Shown: positions 47,595 to 58,526 of the stretch, piece by piece
How positions within the stretch are numbered: the first letter of the stretch is position 1
Layout of the letters: each line of letters begins with the position of its first letter
From: an uncultured delta proteobacterium
Lineage (GTDB): Bacteria > Desulfobacterota > Binatia > UBA9968
NCBI GenBank assembly: GCA_963727625.1
Contig: CAVSHR010000004.1
Coordinates: 768,001 to 832,000, forward strand
Direction of reading: 5' to 3'
Length of the DNA: 64,000 nucleotides
Notes under the pieces: model-generated
Databases searched by the model: none
What the model saw: only the letters and a program-made list of their open reading frames with translations
Told to the model about the DNA's origin: nothing
Translations under genes and position numbers: made by a program

Positions 47595-49078
47595 CCCACC
47601 GCGGAAAATTTCCGCGCTTTTCTTTCCTGCCAGGTGCTATAGACCACGGTGGCTATGGTAATCAAAATGATCACGATGACGAGAGGACGCATCATCCATC
47701 CAAAACCGTAGGCCTTGACAGAGATGACCGCATAACGCTCGATGAGCGTACCCAGGAGAAAACCCAACAGCAGCGGCGGCCTCGGCCACCCGGATCGTTT
47801 CATAATCCAGCCCAAGCCCCCGATGATTAGCAGCGTAATGAGATCACCCATGCTTGCGCTCGCCTGGAATGCCGCCAGAAACACGACGACCATAACCAGC
47901 GGCGCCAGGATTTGAATGCGCACGGCGGATAGCTTGGCCAGCTGGTTGGTAAACAGCAGCGCAATCCCCGTGGCCAAGATGTTGGCAATCGCGGTGCTCC
48001 AGACGATCGCATAGGTGACATCGAGATGCTTCGTGAGCATTTCCGGACCGGGTTGGATGCCGTGGATCAAAAAAGCTCCGATCAAGAGGGCCATGGAGGC
48101 GCTTCCCGGCACTCCGAATGCAAGCGTCGGTACGAGTGCACCCCCTTGTTTCGCGTTGTTGGCGCTTTCCGGAGCGATGACCCCACGAACGTCGCCCTTG
48201 CCGAATGTCAACGCCGCGTCCTTGCAGGTCTGCCGCGCGTGGCCATAGGCCAGCCAGTCCACGACGGCCGACCCGAGGCCGGGTATAATGCCGATCCAGG
48301 TGCCCAAAAAGCTGCAACGCAGCATCAACCAGCGGTGCGTATAGACGTCGCGCATTCCCTGCCCGACCCCTTTCATGGCAGACTTCGGCACGCTGCTGAT
48401 TTTAGAGCCTTCGATGACCATGTCCGCGAGTTCCGGAATGGCGAAGAGTCCGAGGCTCACAACGATGATATTCAATCCGTCGATGAGATAGATCGTGTCA
48501 AAGGTCCAGCGCAGCAGGCCCTCCTGCTTGTCGGTACCGATCATGGCCAGGAGCAGTCCCAGCCCCCCCGCGATAATTCCTTTGAGTGGAACGTTGCCGC
48601 TTAAAATCGCGACCATGGAAATTCCCATGATTCCCAAAGCGAACAACTCGGGCGCCGCGAAGTACAAGACCACCGGCTTTAAGACGGGAATCAACAAGCC
48701 TAGGCAGGCAGCGCCAATGATGCCGCCCAACATGGAGGACAGGTAGGCCGCGCCAAAGGCGCGACCCGCCTCGCCCTTACGCGCCATGGGGTGGCCGTCT
48801 AATATCGTAGCTTGAGAGCCGACGGTGCCGGGCACAGCAAACAAAACCGACGGGATCGTGTCCGTCGTCGTCGGCACGGCTGTTAATGCAACGAGCATGG
48901 CGATGGCCGAGGTGCGATCCATTTCGAAGGTAAACGGCAGAAGAATAGCCACGCCGACAACTCCGCCAAGGCCCGGAATCGCGCCGAGCGCCATGCCGAT
49001 CAGCACTCCGATAACTAAAAACATCATTCGGTCAGGGCTCATGAGAGCGCCAAACCCTTGCGCCATCGCTTCTAGCAC
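47591..49078 (-). CDS. tctA: Tripartite tricarboxylate transporter permease
   Basis: GAIPGL, VPGT..ATILDGHPMA, GVIAPESANNA, GIQPGP. Confidence 0.95.
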   Translation of the reverse strand: MLEAMAQGFGALMSPDRMMFLVIGVLIGMALGAIPGLGGVVGVAILLPFTFEMDRTSAIAMLVALTAVPTTTDTIPSVLFAVPGTVGSQATILDGHPMARKGEAGRAFGAAYLSSMLGGIIGAACLGLLIPVLKPVVLYFAAPELFALGIMGISMVAILSGNVPLKGIIAGGLGLLLAMIGTDKQEGLLRWTFDTIYLIDGLNIIVVSLGLFAIPELADMVIEGSKISSVPKSAMKGVGQGMRDVYTHRWLMLRCSFLGTWIGIIPGLGSAVVDWLAYGHARQTCKDAALTFGKGDVRGVIAPESANNAKQGGALVPTLAFGVPGSASMALLIGAFLIHGIQPGPEMLTKHLDVTYAIVWSTAIANILATGIALLFTNQLAKLSAVRIQILAPLVMVVVFLAAFQASASMGDLITLLIIGGLGWIMKRSGWPRPPLLLGFLLGTLIERYAVISVKAYGFGWMMRPLVIVIILITIATVVYSTWQERKARKFSAVG

Positions 49079-49134
49079 ATGTCACCCCTCAACCGTCGCC
49101 AATCCTCGTCGATAGACCGTCGATAAAATCCTGG

Positions 49135-50178
49135 CTATTTTTTCTTGCCCCCGCCAAAAACCTCCGAAACGATCTCGAACATATCGGGCGAGGGATGGAT
49201 GTCTTTATTCACAACTTCTTGAAGCTCTTTTCCCGGCATGGGATCGACCGGACGGTGCAGCTTCTTGGCTTCTGCCCGAAACTTCTCATCTGCCAACGTT
49301 TTGTCGAAGGCGTCGCGCAGAGTCTGCACTGATTCAGCCGGCACGTCCTGAGGTAGAAAATAGGGGCGCCCGTAGTGTTGAAAGAACAATGTCGCCTCGG
49401 CGATTTCCTTGCCCTTATTACTATTGGCCAACTCCTTGAGCGTCGGCACGTCGGGAAAATCCTTGTCTCTGCCACCCTTGAGAGTGCCGGCCTGAGCAAC
49501 CACGACGAGCTTGCCCGCCTTGTACATATCGCCCAGCTGATCGTAGAAAGAAGATTTGGTGTTGCTCGAGGTGTCCACCTCCCCCTGCCGAAGCGCGAGA
49601 CTGTATTGACGCGCGCCGGGATAAGCCATCACCATGTCGAACAGCTTGTATCCGGTCACCTTTTCGATAAGGCGGCCGAGAATGAAGCCGGTGGATTGCC
49701 GCCCGCTCACCCCTACGGTCGCAAGCTTGCCGGATTTGTGAATCGCTTCGATGCTCTTGTAACGATCCGGCCTGGAGTAGAAAAGCGCGTTTTCCACCAC
49801 GATCGCGCCGACCGCGTGCATCTTGCCAAAATCGAATCTGGCGCGTTTGTCTTTGATGCCCTGATAGTGCCAGACGCCCCAGTTGATTTGTTCCATAGTC
49901 GTGCCATCGCGCCGCGCCTGCTCATAGAGGTAATTCGCTGCGACCAACCCGCCGCCGCCGGGCATGTTTTCCACGATGATCTTCGGCTTGCCGGGAATGT
50001 GACGCACCAGATGGCGCGCCAACAGCCGCGTATAGGTGTCGTTGCCGCCGCCGGGCGAGGAAGAAACGATGATGCGCACCGTCTTGCCCTGGTAAAATTG
50101 GCCGAACGCATTCGGCGAGAGCCCGAAACTCACCATACCGGCGAATCCCAGAACCAGTGAAACATTTCTCAATTTCAT
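49135..50178 (-). CDS. tctC: Tripartite tricarboxylate transporter binding protein (Bug/TctC)
   Basis: Signal peptide; PGGGND..R, VENMPGGGG, PDVPT. Confidence 0.9.
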   Translation of the reverse strand: MKLRNVSLVLGFAGMVSFGLSPNAFGQFYQGKTVRIIVSSSPGGGNDTYTRLLARHLVRHIPGKPKIIVENMPGGGGLVAANYLYEQARRDGTTMEQINWGVWHYQGIKDKRARFDFGKMHAVGAIVVENALFYSRPDRYKSIEAIHKSGKLATVGVSGRQSTGFILGRLIEKVTGYKLFDMVMAYPGARQYSLALRQGEVDTSSNTKSSFYDQLGDMYKAGKLVVVAQAGTLKGGRDKDFPDVPTLKELANSNKGKEIAEATLFFQHYGRPYFLPQDVPAESVQTLRDAFDKTLADEKFRAEAKKLHRPVDPMPGKELQEVVNKDIHPSPDMFEIVSEVFGGGKKK

Positions 50179-50729
50179 TTTTTCCTCCTTCTATTGAGTA
50201 GTTTTTAATCCGGCGTTGGACTTCACCTTCGCGGCTGACCCGGCCGATGTACGCTGGTTGCGTGTGGCGTGGAACCCAGGTTATGGATGCTGCTCGATGC
50301 CAGGGCGCGGCGATGGGAAAATATTCTGGTTTTTTTCTTCATCTTCTCGATTGACTGAGTGCTATTCACCAGGCAAACAATGCACCGCGTTTCACGGACA
50401 GGTCGCACGCCAGGCCCGCAGCGATCTAGCCAACGATGCTCTAAGTCCCTCGTCCTGCTTTGTCGCGCGGTTTCGGCAAAAACCAAATACTCGAACTTTC
50501 CACCCGCCCCTACGCGTACGCGGGCACAAAACGACGCAGGCATAAATCCTGCACTTAGACTCCAACTATGAATTTCTAATTCAAGGCCTTTGAGTTAATT
50601 TAACGGTAAGAAAATTTCTGCGGCGATTTTACCAGCGGTTGCATTCTATTTCGCATTAACCCGCTATCGCTAATTGTCATAGACGAGCGCCTTCGGTAAG
50701 CTCTCCACCGATGACTCAAGGAGGTACTC

Positions 50730-52043
50730 GTGCAAATCTCATCGAGGGGAAGTTGGTCCGGTGCCGTAGGTTTTATCCTGGCATCCATGGGATCCGCCGT
50801 AGGCCTTGGCAACGTTTGGCGCTTTCCGTACATGACCGGGCAGTACGGCGGCGCCGCGTTCATTCTTCTTTATATCGTTTGCGTGCTGGCCGTCGGCATC
50901 CCACTCATGCTCGCCGAATTCCTCATCGGCAGAAAAACTCAACGCAACCCCGTCGGCGCGTTTAGAGCTCTCCGTCCCGGTTCGCCATGGGCGGTCACCG
51001 GCTGGCTCGGTGTCGTCAGTAGTTTTGTGATCCTGTCTTATTACGCCGTCGTGGGCGGCTGGGTTTTGCACTACGTTTATCTCTCGCTGATCGACTCCTT
51101 TACCGGCAAATCCCCCGAGCGACTCGCGGCGATTTTTACCAGCATGAGCGCCAGTCCCTGGCTGCAAATTTTAGGTCTGCTGATTTTTATGCTCCTCACC
51201 ATCATCATCGTTTCAGGCGGCGTATCGAAGGGCATCGAAATCGGCAACAAGATCATGATGCCCCTGCTCTTCGTGCTCCTGGTCGTTCTCCTTGTTTACG
51301 CGCTCCAGACCGATGGCGCCGCGGCGGGACTTGAATTTTTGCTGCGGCCGCAATGGCAAAAGTTAGGTCCTGCAGCATTTCTCGAAGCGCTGGGGCAGGC
51401 CCTTTTCTCTCTCAGCCTCGGCATGGGGGCGATGATGACCTATGGGAGTTATCTTTCGCGCCAAACCAATCTCGTCGGCTGCACGTTTTTTGTCGCGATC
51501 GGTGACACTCTGGTGGCGATACTTGCGGGGTTCGTGGTCTTTCCACTGGTCTTTACTTTCGGTCTCGAGCCGGGAGCCGGGCCGGGATTGATCTTTCAAA
51601 CTCTTCCCATTGCCTTTGCTTTACTGCCGGCCGGTTATTGGGTGGCTCTGGCTTTTTTTGTTCTTCTCAGCTTCGCCGCCGTCACCTCATCGATCTCGCT
51701 CCTCGAAGTGGCCTGCGCCTATTTTGTCGACGAGCAAGGATGGTCGCGCCAGCAAGCGAGTTGGACCTTGGGCGTGGTTATTTTTTTGCTCGGTATTCCA
51801 TCGGCGCTAACCACAGACTTCCTCGGTCTCATGGACGGGATCGCGACAAATTATCTGCTCCCGATTGGAGCGCTCCTGATCGCCGTTTTCACCGGATGGG
51901 CGCTCACACACCGAGAGCGAAAAGAAGAATTCAGCGCCGGCGAAGTCTCAGAGCTCCGCTTTGCCGGCTGGTCGCTTCTCATCCGCTTCGTGAGTCCCGT
52001 AGCCCTCATTCTGATCTTTCTTCATCAACTCCAAATATTTTAG
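50730..52043 (+). CDS. Sodium-dependent transporter, NSS/SNF family
   Basis: GSAVGLGNVWRFPY..GGAAF, SYYAVVGGW, ALGQA.FSLS. Confidence 0.95.
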   Translation: MQISSRGSWSGAVGFILASMGSAVGLGNVWRFPYMTGQYGGAAFILLYIVCVLAVGIPLMLAEFLIGRKTQRNPVGAFRALRPGSPWAVTGWLGVVSSFVILSYYAVVGGWVLHYVYLSLIDSFTGKSPERLAAIFTSMSASPWLQILGLLIFMLLTIIIVSGGVSKGIEIGNKIMMPLLFVLLVVLLVYALQTDGAAAGLEFLLRPQWQKLGPAAFLEALGQALFSLSLGMGAMMTYGSYLSRQTNLVGCTFFVAIGDTLVAILAGFVVFPLVFTFGLEPGAGPGLIFQTLPIAFALLPAGYWVALAFFVLLSFAAVTSSISLLEVACAYFVDEQGWSRQQASWTLGVVIFLLGIPSALTTDFLGLMDGIATNYLLPIGALLIAVFTGWALTHRERKEEFSAGEVSELRFAGWSLLIRFVSPVALILIFLHQLQIF

Positions 52044-52266
52044 GACTGGAATCATCACCCACGCCGGTAAAATCAGCCTGTCTCAAAATGCGCGGGCGGG
52101 CATTCGTTGATCCAGGCTGAAAAACCTCCGGCGTCCGTCGGGCGTTTAAAAACACTTGTCCGTGTTGTAGTGTCTGGCTCCCCGGATCGGCTGCCCCTCC
52201 GCTGCTGTTTCGAAACACCGTTCGCTATGCGGTCGCAGGCCGAGGCCCGAAACTTGGCCCTACTCT

Positions 52267-53241
52267 TTATCGATAGAGCTGATCTATAAATCCTGACTTT
52301 TGGATCTCGTCGATCAAACTGGTGTCCCAGTGATCCTTCTCGCTCATTTGTTGCGCCTGCGGATAATCCAGGGCAACGAGGTCGAGCAACGCGCGCACCG
52401 CCTCCTTTTTTGGCCGCAAATCCTTTTCTACTCGAGTGGTTATCTCCCCGTAAAGGTACGCCATGATGTCGAGATCCGAATTACGTGTATATTTGGAAAA
52501 GATCTTCAGGCTTTCCTGCTTGTGCGTCTTTAGATAGTGAATGCCCTCAATATACGCTTTTAAAAATCGAACCAGTGCCGGCCGATTCTTCTGCGCCGTC
52601 GATTTCATCGTGCTGAGCCCGCCACCGACGTTATCGGCGTCGATCTTGGAGATAATTTTCATGCCCGCGCGCTCCGCGATCATGTCGGTCGGGGGAGTGA
52701 ACATCGTCGCGTGAATAACACCGCTCGAAAGCGCCGCGAGCCTTCCCGCAGGCCCTTCAGCTATCGGAAGAAACTTGACGTCTCTGCTGGCGTTCATACC
52801 GTTGTCGCGCAGAATTTTCACCACTCGCGAGTAGGCCGCGTCCCGGCCCTGAGTAATTCCAATGATTTTGCCCTTCAGGTCGCGCAGGCTTTTGAGATTG
52901 GGCTGTCCGACCATTGAATAACCTAGAGTATTGGTCGTCACCCCCAATTTGGTTATTTCCGCGCCTTTGAGAATCGCTGTGACCGAGCCAACGTCCGAGC
53001 CGATAATGAGATCGATGCTTCCCCCAATCAGAGCAGAAACGGTTCGCGAACCACCCCGGAGATAGATCAGCTCGACCTCGAGGCCGTGCTTTCTCCATAT
53101 CCCCTTGTCCGCAGTCACCCACGAAGGAGCGAAGCCCGTCGCCAACGAAGGAAATCCGACCCTGAAGGTTTCCGCTCGGAGCGAAGTTGCTCCAAACACC
53201 AAAGCAACGGTGACGACTAAAACACAAAACCAACGAATCAT
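52267..53241 (-). CDS. ABC substrate-binding protein (NMT1/SsuA-like)
   Basis: RBS ggagg, start MIRWF with signal peptide; KHGLEVE, LKGKIIGI. Confidence 0.9.
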   Translation of the reverse strand: MIRWFCVLVVTVALVFGATSLRAETFRVGFPSLATGFAPSWVTADKGIWRKHGLEVELIYLRGGSRTVSALIGGSIDLIIGSDVGSVTAILKGAEITKLGVTTNTLGYSMVGQPNLKSLRDLKGKIIGITQGRDAAYSRVVKILRDNGMNASRDVKFLPIAEGPAGRLAALSSGVIHATMFTPPTDMIAERAGMKIISKIDADNVGGGLSTMKSTAQKNRPALVRFLKAYIEGIHYLKTHKQESLKIFSKYTRNSDLDIMAYLYGEITTRVEKDLRPKKEAVRALLDLVALDYPQAQQMSEKDHWDTSLIDEIQKSGFIDQLYR

Positions 53242-53485
53242 CCTGTACCTCCCTGTCCTCAAAAACCGAAACACGAGCAAAAGGTTCAAGCCATCCCAAC
53301 TACCGTGAACGCTTGAACCATTGAATTTTTCAAGCGGCACCTAATGTTTACGCCATCGCAGCCCACGCATGCAAATATTTTTCACAGATATTTTTTCGAT
53401 ACGCCGCCATCTGGCGGAAGACAACGGGTCGGGAGCATTTCTTGGTTCGCCTGCTACGATAAAGGGGTTGCTCGCTCACGGCCCC

Positions 53486-53692
53486 CTACAGTTCGTCTTC
53501 GGAAACTCCGGATACTTTGAAAAGGTATTTAAGGAGACCGATCTTCAGGGATGCGTTGCCGTGAATGGGTGCGGAAATGCGTGCCGGATTGCCGGCTTTA
53601 GCGTAGATGTGAAGACTGCCGGTCACTCGCTTTAGCTCCCAGCCGTGCTTTTCGAGTCACCGAGCGAAATCTTTTCCCGAGACGGTTTTCAA
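53486..53692 (-). pseudogene. hicA: HicA-family toxin pseudogene
   Basis: TTG overlaps the hicB stop; KTVSGKDFAR*LEKHGWELKRVTGSLHIY...PIHGNASLKIGLL; in-frame TGA at 53657-53659. Confidence 0.85.
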
Positions 53693-53892
53693 ACTGCGAT
53701 GTCTAAAACTTTGTCGTTGGCAGAGATCTGAATATCCTTAACGTCAACCGAAAGGCAACCTTCGACAGCCTCATAAATATTTTTCAAAAGCTCATCGAAG
53801 GTGTCTCCCTGCGTCGCACAGCCCGCAATGGCGGGGACTTCAGCCCAGTAACCGCCCTCTTCAGCCTCATGTACGATGACCTTGAGTTTCAT
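53689..53892 (-). CDS. hicB: HicB-family antitoxin
   Basis: VIVHEAEEGGYWAEVPAIAGCATQGDT..E...NIYEA. Confidence 0.9.
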   Translation of the reverse strand: MKLKVIVHEAEEGGYWAEVPAIAGCATQGDTFDELLKNIYEAVEGCLSVDVKDIQISANDKVLDIAV

Positions 53893-54022
53893 ATTCTCTC
53901 TATCTTCTGTTTTTTCCTGTCAGTCGATACTATCTATTTGAAATCCCAACAGTGCGGCAATCGGTCACACTCGACGACTTCTCTGCTTCTTCGGCTGGGT
54001 TGTCAAACTTCTCATTGTTTTC

Positions 54023-56527
54023 TCATTCCCGAAAATATTCTCGATCCGTCGGTTCCCGCTCGCGCTGCTCGCGCTTCTGTCGCAAAATCTCCAACAGCCG
54101 CTGGCGCTCGCGTTGCCTGGCGATGGTCCGTTGCTCTTCCGGATCGCTGCCTAAGGCTCCATGGTTTTTCATCTCCTCGGGTCGCGGCGCTTCGCCCTCC
54201 AGCTCGCGCCGAGGCGCACGCGGCGGCAGGGGGCGCGGTCCGGTCCGATTGCCAAACAGCCAATCGCTGAGCAGCTCGATCCAATCCTTGGCCGCATCCA
54301 AATAGGGCTCCAAAGTAGAATCCCGCGGTCTGGCGAACGGGAACCCGACGCCCTCGGCGATCAATCGCGAGGCGAGCGCTTGCTGAAAGAAATCGCCAAC
54401 CACGAGCAAAGCGTTATGGGCGCCCTGGCCCCAATAATTGCTGCGCATGGTAACGCGGGGGTCATTAAAACCGACCCACGCCCCGGCGACCAGCCGCGGA
54501 TGCATCAAGATGAACCAGCCATCGGTATTGTTTTGGGTAGTGCCAGTTTTCCCGGCGACATCGGCGCGCACGCCGAATTGCGTTCGCACCGCTTGCCCGG
54601 TGCCGATGTCCACCGCGCCGCGCAACATGTCGATCAAATATCCGACTGTTTCGTAGGATAGGACGTGCTTTTTCTCGGCCTTGAATTGGGCTAGCACGTT
54701 ACCGTTCTTGTCGGTGATACGGGTGACGAAAATCGGCTGGCGGTAATCGCCGAGCGAAGCGACGGTGCCGTACGCGGAGACCATTTCCAACGGAGTAACC
54801 GGACTGGTGCCGAGGGCCAACGAGGGCACCTCGTCGAGCTTGCTTTGGTTGACCCCCATGCGGCGCGCAAGGTCCGCCGTTTTTTTCGGGCCAACTGCCT
54901 GCATGACCTGCGCGGTGATGGTGTTCTTTGAATAGATGAGACCTTCGCGCGCGGTCATCCGCCGGCCGCTCGGCTGGGATTGATCGGAGGGGCGCCAGAC
55001 GGTGCCGTCCGGCAGGGGAATTTCCACTGCGCGGTCGGTGAAACGTTGGTCGGGCGACATTCCCTGCTCGAGTGCCGCGCCGTAAACAAACAGTTTAAAC
55101 GTCGAACCGGGCTGCCGCCTGGCCTGCGCCACATGATCGAACGGGTCGGTGGTGAAATCGCGGCTGCCGACCCAAGCCTTCACCTGGCCGGTGGCGGGAT
55201 CGATCGCCACAAAGCCCGCCTGCAAACGCGTTTTTTCGGCGCGCAATTTAACCATAAATTCCCGGTTCATCTTCAGCTGCTTGATGGCGGCTTCAGGGGC
55301 CGTACCGGCCCCAATCGCGCTGCGGTAAGCGGCGGATTCCCGGATAAACACGTCGATCAGGTTGGCTTTGGTTCTCCAGAAATAGGCGAAAGGCTGCACC
55401 CGCCGGCGCATGTCGACATACGCGTTCTTGTTCGTCGATATCAATCGCGCGGAGCCCAGCCCCCACTCGACGTCCGCGACCGCCTGCAAGGCTCCCATCT
55501 GCCGCCGGACGGCTCGGTTGGCCACCGCCTGCAAACGGGAGTCGATCGTCGTGTAGACAATCAGTCCATCGGAATAAATGTCGCGGTCGTTACGGTCCGC
55601 CCAGTCGATCAGCCATCGACGAATCTGCACGGCTAGATGAGGGGCGGAGCCGAGGCCATCCGGCTGGCGCTCAAACGCAAGGCGTATCGGCCGGGTCTTC
55701 AGCCGATCGAAATCGACCCGGCGCAACGCCCCGTATTTGACCATTTGCGACAACACCAAGTTGCGGCGCTTCAAAGCGCGCTCGGGATTAAGCACCGGGT
55801 TGTAGTAGCTGGTGCCTTTCAACATGGCGATCAGGGTGGCGCTTTCGAGGATATTGAGTTTTTGCGCCGGCTTATCGAAGTAGGTGCGCGCCGCCATTTC
55901 GATGCCGAACGCGTTGTACAAAAACGGAATCGTGTTGAGATAGGTTTCCAAGATATCTTTCTTGCTGTAGGCATATTCGATTTTGATCGCCGTGATCGTC
56001 TCCTTGATTTTCCGGGTGAGTGTCCGTTTGCGGCCGATCTCCTCCGGATAAAGATTGCGCGCGAGTTGCTGGGTGAGCGTGGAACCGCCCTCCGGATCAC
56101 CGATCAAGGTGCGTAGGATGCCCATCGCGGTGCGCCGCAAATCAACGCCGTGGTGGCGGTAAAAGCGGTGATCCTCCGTGGCGATCAGCGCGTTAATGAC
56201 ATACGGCGAGACTTGACCTAAGCGAACCCACTCGCGGTTCATCGGCGCAAGAGTCGCCAGCCGCTTGCCATCGGAGGAAATCAGCACGCTGGGTTGGTGA
56301 ATTTTCGCTTTTTTTATGTCCGAAATACTCGGTGTGAAGGGTATCAAAACTATCGTGTAAGCGGACAAGAGCACCAGGGCACCCGCTCCCAACGCGGCCA
56401 GTCCTTTCGCACCATGAATAATCCTCGCGCGCAGAGTCAAGCTCGGATCGATTGCGGCTCTGAAGTAACCGGCGAGCCGCCGGTGCCAGCGTCTATGCGG
56501 ATCGAGAGGCGGTGCGTCTTCAGCCAC
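54023..56527 (-). CDS. Class A penicillin-binding protein (PBP1A-like)
   Basis: Transglycosylase EDHRF, GGSTLTQQL; transpeptidase STFK, SKN, KTG. Confidence 0.95.
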   Translation of the reverse strand: MAEDAPPLDPHRRWHRRLAGYFRAAIDPSLTLRARIIHGAKGLAALGAGALVLLSAYTIVLIPFTPSISDIKKAKIHQPSVLISSDGKRLATLAPMNREWVRLGQVSPYVINALIATEDHRFYRHHGVDLRRTAMGILRTLIGDPEGGSTLTQQLARNLYPEEIGRKRTLTRKIKETITAIKIEYAYSKKDILETYLNTIPFLYNAFGIEMAARTYFDKPAQKLNILESATLIAMLKGTSYYNPVLNPERALKRRNLVLSQMVKYGALRRVDFDRLKTRPIRLAFERQPDGLGSAPHLAVQIRRWLIDWADRNDRDIYSDGLIVYTTIDSRLQAVANRAVRRQMGALQAVADVEWGLGSARLISTNKNAYVDMRRRVQPFAYFWRTKANLIDVFIRESAAYRSAIGAGTAPEAAIKQLKMNREFMVKLRAEKTRLQAGFVAIDPATGQVKAWVGSRDFTTDPFDHVAQARRQPGSTFKLFVYGAALEQGMSPDQRFTDRAVEIPLPDGTVWRPSDQSQPSGRRMTAREGLIYSKNTITAQVMQAVGPKKTADLARRMGVNQSKLDEVPSLALGTSPVTPLEMVSAYGTVASLGDYRQPIFVTRITDKNGNVLAQFKAEKKHVLSYETVGYLIDMLRGAVDIGTGQAVRTQFGVRADVAGKTGTTQNNTDGWFILMHPRLVAGAWVGFNDPRVTMRSNYWGQGAHNALLVVGDFFQQALASRLIAEGVGFPFARPRDSTLEPYLDAAKDWIELLSDWLFGNRTGPRPLPPRAPRRELEGEAPRPEEMKNHGALGSDPEEQRTIARQRERQRLLEILRQKREQREREPTDREYFRE

Positions 56528-57217
56528 TATTGTTCCCTTTAAATACGACTAAATATTTACCGAAACCGATACGAAACCCAAGGCGCATGCATTTTTAAAG
56601 CGTGCAACCCCTCGCGCCTGATAGCGCCGCACGAACCTGAATCATTCTACCAGTATAACCGACTCTTGCTGCCCATTCAGCAGCGCGCAAAAGACCCTTC
56701 TGACCGGAACCATCCCATCGGAAAGTTAATCGATCGGAGCGACCCCAGCGGTCTGCCACGCAGGAATAGCGCGTACGTTTAGACGAACGGATCGTGAAAT
56801 AAGTTAATGACGGTAGCCCGGCGGCCGGAATTTTTTGACGAGAAACCGATTGACTTTAGGCGCTAGAATCGTTCCGAGTTAATTAGATCGGCGTGGTTCC
56901 AGTAGTCCCAAACGCTCGACACATTGCAGCCGTTTTAGAACCAATGGTGCGGCCAGCCGAGAATTTCGAATCCACGCCAAACGGTATGATCTGCGTGATT
57001 TTTTCATTTGCTATTGGCTTTGACCTCGGCAAGGGTCGGTGGCTGTAGCAGGCTGCCTGCGGTGTCAAAAAATAAAAGAAGCCGCTGCTCGGCCGATCCC
57101 CGCGCGGCAGCTTCGCGGCTCAGGCAAAAACGCCGGCCTGGAATCGCTTGATTGCTTGACAGATACGCCCTTTCCCCTATTAACTAAGGCGGATCTCGAA
57201 AGGACATAACTGGCTTT

Positions 57218-58429
57218 ATGGCATCCCCCGCAACAAATAAAAGGCTCAAGCTAGGCATCGTTGGCATCGGCGTCGGTGCATCCGAAATTTTGCCGGCAAT
57301 GGAGCAGATTCCGGAATTTGAACTGGTTGCCGCTGCCGATGTCAATCCGCGCGTGTTGGAGACCTTTCGCCAACGCTACGGCGCCAGGACTTACGATAGC
57401 GTCGAGAATCTCTGCGCCGACCCCGATATCGAAGCGGTTTGGGTATCGACACCAAATAAATTCCACGCCGCCCACACGATCATCGCCGCCAACGCCGGCA
57501 AGCATGTGGTGGTCGAGAAGCCCATGGCGATCTCGCTGGAGGAAGCCGAGCGGATGATTGAGGCGTCGATCAAAAACAAGATCAAGCTGCTGTGCGGCCA
57601 TACGCAGAGCTTCGGCCCGCATATCCGCACCATGCGGAAAATCATTCGATCGGGTGAGCTCGGCCGCCTTTGCGCCCTCCACGTCTGGGCCTATACGGAC
57701 TGGATGCTCCGTCCGCGCACCGCCGAAGAGCTGGACATCAACCAGGGCGGGGGCGTGCCCTACCGCCAAGGCCCGCACCAGATCGACACCCTGCGCCTGC
57801 TCGGCGGTGGCTTGGTGCGCAGCGTGCGCGGCTCAACCGGCCAATGGTTCAAGGGGCGGCCGATTCCCGGCTATTATTCCGGGTTCCTGGAATTCGAAGA
57901 CGGCACCCCGGCAACCTTGATGCACAACGGTTACGGCTACTTCCTTGCGTCCGAATTGGTGCCCTGGGGCGGGCAAAACAGCCGCTACAGCGAAGCCGAG
58001 CGAGCGAAGATCCGCCGGTCGCTCCTCGACGGCACACGCGACGAAAACGCCGATAAAGATGCCATGCGCATCGGCGGCGCCAACGAAAGAGAAGTCCGCG
58101 ACCGAAGCAAGGTAAAACCCTGGCTGCCCAACGATCTGGGCATACTGATCGCGACCTGTGAGAAAGGCGACATTCGCCAGTCCCGGTACGGCTTGTTCGT
58201 TCACTGCGATGAAGGAACCAAGGACGTGCCGCTGATCGGCGGTGGCGGCCCGGCGCGGCGCGGCGAGCTGATGGAACTTTACAATGCCGTCGTGCTCGAC
58301 CAGCCGATTCGCCACACCGGTCCCTGGGGCATGGCCACGCTGGAAGTCTGCCTGGCGCTCATCCAATCGGCCAAAGAGAGAAAAGAAATTTTTTTAAAGC
58401 ATCAGGTGTCCGCGCCGGAGGGAGATTGA
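57218..58429 (+). CDS. Gfo/Idh/MocA oxidoreductase, phthalate cis-4,5-dihydrodiol dehydrogenase-like
   Basis: GKHVVVEKP; YTDW..RPR..EELD...GGG...Q.PHQID. Confidence 0.8.
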   Translation: MASPATNKRLKLGIVGIGVGASEILPAMEQIPEFELVAAADVNPRVLETFRQRYGARTYDSVENLCADPDIEAVWVSTPNKFHAAHTIIAANAGKHVVVEKPMAISLEEAERMIEASIKNKIKLLCGHTQSFGPHIRTMRKIIRSGELGRLCALHVWAYTDWMLRPRTAEELDINQGGGVPYRQGPHQIDTLRLLGGGLVRSVRGSTGQWFKGRPIPGYYSGFLEFEDGTPATLMHNGYGYFLASELVPWGGQNSRYSEAERAKIRRSLLDGTRDENADKDAMRIGGANEREVRDRSKVKPWLPNDLGILIATCEKGDIRQSRYGLFVHCDEGTKDVPLIGGGGPARRGELMELYNAVVLDQPIRHTGPWGMATLEVCLALIQSAKERKEIFLKHQVSAPEGD

Positions 58430-58526
58430 GAACCACCCGTTCAAATGGTTCAAAACGTTCCAGCCGTTCAAGTCGTAAATCGTCAGGTCAACGAATTCTG
58501 TAGTCACAGGTAAACAAGGAGTTTCT

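Noticed and set aside
56878-57006. 42-aa basic ORF on the minus strand (MKKSRRSY...)
   Set aside because: No clear RBS or recognisable motif; cannot be supported
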